Positions 52,301 through 61,300 of a stretch of DNA of 64,000 bases are shown piece by piece. The stretch comes from Auanema rhodensis (Eukaryota; Animalia; Nematoda). A program made the position numbers and the translations under genes. The stretch spans positions 8,432,001 to 8,496,000 of the forward strand of contig OZ059899.1 of assembly GCA_964057225.1 (NCBI GenBank), written 5' to 3'. Within the stretch, counting starts at the first letter, position 1, and every line of letters begins with the position of its first letter. The notes beneath the pieces were generated by a model. That model did not search any database. It saw only the letters and a list, made by a program, of their open reading frames with translations, and was not told where the DNA came from.

Positions 52301-55300
52301 TGTGCTCGTTGTTGTAGATGGAGTCGTGCTCGTCGTTGTAGATGGAGTTGTGCTCGTTGTTGTAGATGGAGTCGTCGTTGACGTTGTAGATGTTGTTGTA
52401 GATGGTGTCGTCGTTGACGTTGTAGATGTTGTCGTAGATGGAGTCGTGCTCGTTGTTGTAGATGGAGTCGTGCTAGTTGTTGTAGATGGAGTCGTGCTCG
52501 TTGTTGTAGATGGAGTCGTCGTTGATGTTGTTGATGTTGTTGTAGATGGAGTCGTCGTTGACGTTGTAGATGTTGTTGTAGATGGAGTCGTGCTCGTTGT
52601 TGTAGATGGAGTTGTGCTCGTTGTTGTAGATGGAGTCGTCGTTGACGTTGTAGATGTCGTCGTAGATGGAGTCGTGCTCGTTGTTGTAGATGGAGTCGTG
52701 CTCGTTGTTGTAGATGGAGTCGTCGTTGACGTTGTAGATGTTGTTGTAGATGGAGTCGTGCTCGTTGTTGTAGATGGAGTCGTGCTAGTTGTTGTAGATG
52801 GAGTCGTGCTCGTTGTTGTAGATGGAGTCGTCGTTGATGTTGTTGATGTTGTTGTAGATGGAGTCGTCGTTGACGTTGTAGATGTTGTTGTAGATGGAGT
52901 CGTGCTCGTTGTTGTAGATGGAGTTGTGCTCGTTGTTGTAGATGGAGTCGTCGTTGACGTTGTATATGTCGTCGTAGATGGAGTCGTACTCGTTGTTGTA
53001 GATGGAGTCGTGCTCGTTGTTGTAGATGGAGTCGTCGTTGACGTTGTAGATGTTGTTGTAGATGGAGTCGTGCTCGTTGTTGTAGATGGAGTTGTGCTCG
53101 TTGTTGTAGATGGAGTCGTCGTTGACGTTGTAGATGTCGTCGTAGATGGAGTCGTGCTCGTTGTTGTAGATGAAGTCGTGCTCGTTGTTGTAGATGGAGT
53201 CGTCGTTGATGTTGTTGATGTTGTTGTAGATGGAGTCGTCGTTGACGTTGTAGATGTTGTTGTAGATGGAGTTGTGCTCGTTGTTGTAGATGGAGTCGTG
53301 CTCGTCGTTGTAGATGGAGTTGTGCTCGTTGTTGTAGATGGAGTCGTCGTTGACGTTGTAGATGTTGTTGTAGATGGTGTCGTCGTTGACGTTGTAGATG
53401 TTGTCGTAGATGGAGTCGTGCTCGTTGTTGTAGATGGAGTCGTGCTAGTTGTTGTAGATGGAGTCGTGCTCGTTGTTGTAGATGGAGTCGTCGTTGACGT
53501 TGTAGATGTCGTCGTAGATGGAGTCGTGCTCGTTGTTGTAGATGGAGTCGTGCTCGTTGTTGTAGATGGAGTCGTCGTTGATGTTGTTGATGTTGTTGTA
53601 GATGGAGTCGTCGTTGACGTTGTAGATGTTGTTGTAGATGGAGTCGTGCTCGTTGTTGTAGATGGAGTTGTGCTCGTTGTTGTAGATGGAGTCGTCGTTG
53701 ACGTTGTAGATGTCGTCGTAGATGGAGTCGTGCTCGTTGTTGTAGATGAAGTCGTGCTCGTTGTTGTAGATGGAGTCGTCGTTGATGTTGTTGATGTTGT
53801 TGTAGATGGAGTCGTCGTTGACGTTGTAGATGTTGTTGTAGATGGAGTTGTGCTCGTTGTTGTAGATGGAGTCGTGCTCGTCGTTGTAGATGGAGTTGTG
53901 CTCGTTGTTGTAGATGGAGTCGTCGTTGACGTTGTAGATGTTGTTGTAGATGGTGTCGTCGTTGACGTTGTAGATGTTGTCGTAGATGGAGTCGTGCTCG
54001 TTGTTGTAGATGGTGTCGTCGTTGACGTTGTAGATGTTGTTGTAGATGGAGTTGTGCTCGTTGTTGTAGATGGAGTCGTCGTTGAAGTTGTAGATGTCGT
54101 CGTAGATGGAATCGTGCTCGTTGTTGTAGATGGAGTCGTCGTTGACGTTGTAGATGTTGTTGTGGATGGTGTCGTCGTTGAGGTTGTAGATGTTGTTGTA
54201 GATGGAGTTGTGCTCGTTGTTGTAGATGGAGTCGTCGTTGACGTTGTAGATGTTGTCGTAGATGGAGTCGTGCTCGTTGTTGTAGATGGAGTCGTGCTCG
54301 TTGTTGTAGATGGTGTCGTCGTTGACGTTGTAGATGTTGTTGTAGATGGTGTCGTCGTTGACGTTGTAGATGTTGTCGTAGATGGAGTCGTGCTCGTTGT
54401 TGTAGATGGAGTCGTCGTTGACGTTGTAGATGTCGTCGTAGATGGAGTCGTGCTCGTTGTTGTAGATGGAGTCGTCGTTGATGTTGTTGATGTTGTTGTA
54501 GATGGAGTCGTCGTTGACGTTGTAGATGTTGTTGTAGATGGAGTTGTGCTCGTTGTTGTAGATGGAGTCGTGCTCGTTGTTGTAGATGGAGTCGTGCTCG
54601 TTGTTGTAGATGGAGTCGTCGTTGATGTTGTTGATGTTGTTGTAGATGGAGTCGTCGTTGACGTTGTAGATGTTGTTGTAGATGGAGTTGTGCTCGTTGT
54701 TGTAGATGGAGTCGTGCTCGTCGTTGTAGATGGAGTTGTGCTCGTTGTTGTAGATGGAGTCGTCGTTGATGTTGTAGATGTTGTTGTAGATGGAGTTGTG
54801 CTCGTTGTTGTAGATGGAGTCGTCGTTGACGTTGTAGATGTTGTCGTAGATGGAGTCGTGCTCGTTGTTGTAGATGGAGTCGTGCTCGTTGTTGTAGATG
54901 GTGTCGTCGTTGACGTTGTAGATGTTGTTGTAGATGGTGTCGTCGTTGACGTTGTAGATGTTGTCGTAGATGGAGTCGTGCTCGTTGTTGTAGATGGAGT
55001 CGTCGTTGACGTTGTAGATGTCGTCGTAGATGGAGTCGTGCTCGTTGTTGTAGATGGAGTCGTCGTTGATGTTGTTGATGTTGTTGTAGATGGAGTCGTC
55101 GTTGACGTTGTAGATGTTGTTGTAGATGGAGTTGTGCTCGTTGTTGTAGATGGAGTCGTGCTCGTTGTTGTAGATGGAGTCGTGCTCGTTGTTGTAGATG
55201 GAGTCGTCGTTGATGTTGTTGATGTTGTTGTAGATGGAGTCGTCGTTGACGTTGTAGATGTTGTTGTAGATGGAGTTGTGCTCGTTGTTGTAGATGGAGT

Positions 55301-58300
55301 CGTGCTCGTCGTTGTAGATGGAGTTGTGCTCGTTGTTGTAGATGGAGTCGTCGTTGATGTTGTTGATGTTGTTGTAGATGGAGTCGTCGTTGACGTTGTA
55401 GATGTTGTTGTAGATGGAGTTGTGCTCGTTGTTGTAGATGGAGTCGTGCTCGTTGTTGTAGATGGAGTCGTGCTCGTTGTTGTAGATGGAGTCGTCGTTG
55501 ATGTTGTTGATGTTGTTGTAGATGGAGTCGTCGTTGACGTTGTAGATGTTGTTGTAGATGGAGTCGTGCTCGTTGTTGTAGATGGAGTTGTGCTCGTTGT
55601 TGTAGATGGAGTCGTCGTTGACGTTGTAGATGTCGTCGTAGATGGAGTCGTGCTCGTTGTTGTAGATGGAGTCGTGCTCGTTGTTGTAGATGGAGTCGTC
55701 GTTGATGTTGTTGATGTTGTTGTAGATGGAGTCGTCGTTGACGTTGTAGATGTTGTTGTAGATGGAGTCGTGCTCGTTGTTGTAGATGGAGTTGTGCTCG
55801 TTGTTGTAGATGGAGTCGTCGTTGACGTTGTAGATGTCGTCGTAGATGGAGTCGTGCTCGTTGTTGTAGATGAAGTCGTGCTCGTTGTTGTAGATGGAGT
55901 CGTCGTTGATGTTGTTGATGTTGTTGTAGATGGAGTCGTCGTTGACGTTGTAGATGTTGTTGTAGATGGAGTTGTGCTCGTTGTTGTAGATGGAGTCGTG
56001 CTCGTCGTTGTAGATGGAGTTGTGCTCGTTGTTGTAGATGGAGTCGTCGTTGACGTTGTAGATGTTGTTGTAGATGGTGTCGTCGTTGACGTTGTAGATG
56101 TTGTCGTAGATGGAGTCGTGCTCGTTGTTGTAGATGGAGTCGTGCTAGTTGTTGTAGATGGAGTCGTGCTCGTTGTTGTAGATGGAGTCGTCGTTGATGT
56201 TGTTGATGTTGTTGTAGATGGAGTCGTCGTTGACGTTGTAGATGTTGTTGTAGATGGAGTCGTGCTCGTTGTTGTAGATGGAGTTGTGCTCGTTGTTGTA
56301 GATGGAGTCGTCGTTGACGTTGTAGATGTCGTCGTAGATGGAGTCGTGCTCGTTGTTGTAGATGGAGTCGTGCTCGTTGTTGTAGATGGAGTCGTCGTTG
56401 ACGTTGTAGATGTTGTTGTAGATGGAGTCGTGCTCGTTGTTGTAGATGGAGTCGTGCTAGTTGTTGTAGATGGAGTCGTGCTCGTTGTTGTAGATGGAGT
56501 CGTCGTTGATGTTGTTGATGTTGTTGTAGATGGAGTCGTCGTTGACGTTGTAGATGTTGTTGTAGATGGAGTCGTGCTCGTTGTTGTAGATGGAGTTGTG
56601 CTCGTTGTTGTAGATGGAGTCGTCGTTGACGTTGTATATGTCGTCGTAGATGGAGTCGTGCTCGTTGTTGTAGATGGAGTCGTGCTCGTTGTTGTAGATG
56701 GAGTCGTCGTTGACGTTGTAGATGTTGTTGTAGATGGAGTCGTGCTCGTTGTTGTAGATGGAGTTGTGCTCGTTGTTGTAGATGGAGTCGTCGTTGACGT
56801 TGTAGATGTCGTCGTAGATGGAGTCGTGCTCGTTGTTGTAGATGAAGTCGTGCTCGTTGTTGTAGATGGAGTCGTCGTTGATGTTGTTGATGTTGTTGTA
56901 GATGGAGTCGTCGTTGACGTTGTAGATGTTGTTGTAGATGGAGTTGTGCTCGTTGTTGTAGATGGAGTCTTGCTCGTCGTTGTAGATGGAGTTGTGCTCG
57001 TTGTTGTAGATGGAGTCGTCGTTGACGTTGTAGATGTTGTTGTAGATGGTGTCGTCGTTGACGTTGTAGATGTTGTCGTAGATGGAGTCGTGCTCGTTGT
57101 TGTAGATGGAGTCGTGCTAGTTGTTGTAGATGGAGTCGTGCTCGTTGTTGTAGATGGAGTCGTCGTTGATGTTGTTGATGTTGTTGTAGATGGAGTCGTC
57201 GTTGACGTTGTAGATGTTGTTGTAGATGGAGTCGTGCTCGTTGTTGTAGATGGAGTTGTGCTCGTTGTTGTAGATGGAGTCGTCGTTGACGTTGTAGATG
57301 TCGTCGTAGATGGAGTCGTGCTCGTTGTTGTAGATGGAGTCGTGCTCGTTGTTGTAGATGGAGTCGTCGTTGATGTTGTTGATGTTGTTGTAGATGGAGT
57401 CGTCGTTGACGTTGTAGATGTTGTTGTAGATGGAGTCGTGCTCGTTGTTGTAGATGGAGTTGTGCTCGTTGTTGTAGATGGAGTCGTCGTTGACGTTGTA
57501 GATGTCGTCGTAGATGGAGTCGTGCTCGTTGTTGTAGATGAAGTCGTGCTCGTTGTTGTAGATGGAGTCGTCGTTGATGTTGTTGATGTTGTTGTAGATG
57601 GAGTCGTCGTTGACGTTGTAGATGTTGTTGTAGATGGAGTTGTGCTCGTTGTTGTAGATGGAGTCGTGCTCGTCGTTGTAGATGGAGTTGTGCTCGTTGT
57701 TGTAGATGGAGTCGTCGTTGACGTTGTAGATGTTGTTGTAGATGGTGTCGTCGTTGACGTTGTAGATGTTGTCGTAGATGGAGTCGTGCTCGTTGTTGTA
57801 GATGGTGTCGTCGTTGACGTTGTAGATGTTGTTGTAGATGGAGTTGTGCTCGTTGTTGTAGATGGAGTCGTCGTTGAAGTTGTAGATGTCGTCGTAGATG
57901 GAGTCGTGCTCGTTGTTGTAGATGGAGTCGTCGTTGACGTTTTAGATGTTGTTGTGGATGGTGTCGTCGTTGAGGTTGTAGATGTTGTTGTAGATGGAGT
58001 TGTGCTCGTTGTTGTAGATGGAGTCGTCGTTGACGTTGTAGATGTTGTCGTAGATGGAGTCGTGCTCGTTGTTGTAGATGGAGTCGTGCTCGTTGTTGTA
58101 GATGGTGTCGTCGTTGACGTTGTAGATGTTGTTGTAGATGGTGTCGTCGTTGACGTTGTAGATGTTGTCGTAGATGGAGTCGTGCTCGTTGTTGTAGATG
58201 GAGTCGTCGTTGACGTTGTAGATGTCGTCGTAGATGGAGTCGTGCTCGTTGTTGTAGATGGAGTCGTCGTTGACGTTGTAGACGTTGTTGTGGATGGTGT

Positions 58301-61300
58301 CGTCGTTGACGTTGTAGATGTAGTCGTAGATGGAGTCGTGCTCGTTGTTGTAGATGGAGTCGTGCTAGTTGTTGTAGATGGAGTCGTCGTTGACGTTGTA
58401 GATGTCGTCGTAGATGGAGTCGTGCTCGTTGTTGTAGATGGAGTCGTGCTCGTTGTTGTAGATGGAGTTGTCGTTGACGTTGTAGATGTTGTTGTGGATG
58501 GTGTCGTCGTTGACGTTGTAGATGTTGTTGTAGATGGAGTTGTGCTCGTTGTTGTAGATGGAGTCGTCGTTGACGTTGTAGATGTCGTCGTAGATGGAGT
58601 CGTGCTCGTTGTTGTAGATGGAGTCGTGCTCGTTGTTGTAGATGGAGTCGTCGTTGATGTTGTTGATGTTGTTGTAGATGGAGTCGTCGTTGACGTTGTA
58701 GATGTTGTTGTAGATGGAGTCGTGCTCGTTGTTGTAGATGGAGTTGTGCTCGTTGTTGTAGATGGAGTCGTCGTTGACGTTGTAGATGTCGTCGTAGATG
58801 GAGTCGTGCTCGTTGTTGTAGATGGAGTCGTGCTCGTTGTTGTAGATGGAGTCGTCGTTGATGTTGTTGATGTTGTTGTAGATGGAGTCGTCGTTGACGT
58901 TGTAGATGTTGTTGTAGATGGAGTTGTGCTCGTTGTTGTAGATGGAGTCGTGCTCGTTGTTGTAGATGGAGTCGTGCTCGTTGTTGTAGATGGAGTCGTC
59001 GTTGATGTTGTTGATGTTGTTGTAGATGGAGTCGTCGTTGACGTTGTAGATGTTGTTGTAGATGGAGTCGTGCTCGTTGTTGTAGATGGAGTTGTGCTCG
59101 TTGTTGTAGATGGAGTCGTCGTTGACGTTGTAGATGTCGTCGTAGATGGAGTCGTGCTCGTTGTTGTAGATGGAGTCGTGCTCGTTGTTGTAGATGGAGT
59201 CGTCGTTGATGTTGTTGATGTTGTTGTAGATGGAGTCGTCGTTGACGTTGTAGATGTTGTTGTAGATGGAGTCGTGCTCGTTGTTGTAGATGGAGTCGTG
59301 CTCGTTGTTGTAGATGGAGTCGTCGTTGATGTTGTTGATGTTGTTGTAGATGGAGTCGTCGTTGACGTTGTAGATGTCGTCGTAGATGGAGTCGTGCTCG
59401 TTGTTGTAGATGGAGTCGTGCTCGTTGTTGTAGATGGAGTCGTCGTTGATGTTGTTGATGTTGTTGTAGATGGAGTCGTCGTTGACGTTGTAGATGTTGT
59501 TGTAGATGGAGTTGTGCTCGTCGTTGTAGATGGAGTCGTGCTCGTTGTTGTAGATGGAGTCGTGCTCGTTGTTGTAGATGGAGTCGTCGTTGATGTTGTT
59601 GATGTTGTTGTAGATGGAGTCGTCGTTGACGTTGTAGATGTTGTTGTAGATGGAGTCGTGCTCGTTGTTGTAGATGGAGTTGTGCTCGTTGTTGTAGATG
59701 GAGTCGTCGTTGACGTTGTAGATGTCGTCGTAGATGGAGTCGTGCTCGTTGTTGTAGATGGAGTCGTGCTCGTTGTTGTAGATGGAGTCGTCGTTGATGT
59801 TGTTGATGTTGTTGTAGATGGAGTCGTCGTTGACGTTGTAGATGTTGTTGTAGATGGAGTCGTGCTCGTTGTTGTAGATGGAGTTGTGCTCGTTGTTGTA
59901 GATGGAGTCGTCGTTGACGTTGTAGATGTCGTCGTAGATGGAGTCGTGCTCGTTGTTGTAGATGAAGTCGTGCTCGTTGTTGTAGATGGAGTCGTCGTTG
60001 ATGTTGTTGATGTTGTTGTAGATGGAGTCGTCGTTGACGTTGTAGATGTTGTTGTAGATGGAGTTGTGCTCGTTGTTGTAGATGGAGTCGTGCTCGTCGT
60101 TGTAGATGGAGTTGTGCTCGTTGTTGTAGATGGAGTCGTCGTTGACGTTGTAGATGTTGTTGTAGATGGTGTCGTCGTTGACGTTGTAGATGTTGTCGTA
60201 GATGGAGTCGTGCTCGTTGTTGTAGATGGAGTCGTGCTAGTTGTTGTAGATGGAGTCGTGCTCGTTGTTGTAGATGGAGTCGTCGTTGACGTTGTAGATG
60301 TCGTCGTAGATGGAGTCGTGCTCGTTGTTGTAGATGGAGTCGTCGTTGAAGTTGTAGATGTCGTCGTAGATGGAGTCGTGCTCGTTGTTGTAGATGGAGT
60401 CGTCGTTGACGTTGTAGATGTTGTTGTGGATGGTGTCGTCGTTGACGTTGTAGATGTTGTTGTAGATGGAGTTGTGCTCGTTGTTGTAGATGGAGTCGTC
60501 GTTGACGTTATAGATGTTGTCGTAGATGGAGTCGTGCTCGTTGTTGTAGATGGAGTCGTGCTCGTTGTTGTAGATGAAGTCGTCGTTGACGTTGTAGATG
60601 TTGTTGTGGATGGTGTCGTCGTTGACGTTGTAGATGTTGTTGTAGATGGAGTTGTGCTCGTTGTTGTAGATGGAGTCGTCGTTGACGTTGTAGATGTTGT
60701 CGTAGATGGAGTCGTGCTCGTTGTTGTAGATGGAGTCGTGCTCGTTGTTGTAGATGGTGTCGTCATTGACGTTGTAGATGTTGTCGTAGATGGAGTCGTG
60801 CTCGTTGTTGTAGATGGAGTCGTCGTTGACGTTGTAGATGTCGTCGTAGATGGAGTCGTGCTCGTTGTTGTAGATGGAGTCGTCGTTGACGTTGTAGACG
60901 TTGTTGTGGATGGTGTCGTCGTTGACGTTGTAGATGTAGTCGTAGATGGAGTCGTGCTCGTTGTTGTAGATGGAGTCGTGCTAGTTGTTGTAGATGGAGT
61001 TGTGCTCGTTGTTGTAGATGTAGATGGAGTCGTGCTCGTTGTTGTTGATGGAGTCGTCGTTGACGTTGTAGACGTTGTTGTGGATGGTGTCGTCGTTGAC
61101 GTTGTAGATGTCGTCGTAGATGGAGTCGTGCTCGTTGTTGTAGATGGAGTCGTGCTAGTTGTTGTAGATGAAGTCGTGCTCGTTGTTGTAGATGGAGTTG
61201 TGCTCGTTGTTGTAGATGGAGTCGTCGTTGACGTTGTAGATGTCGTCGTAGATGGAGTCGTGCTCGTTGTTGTAGATGGAGTCGTGCTCGTTGTTGTAGA

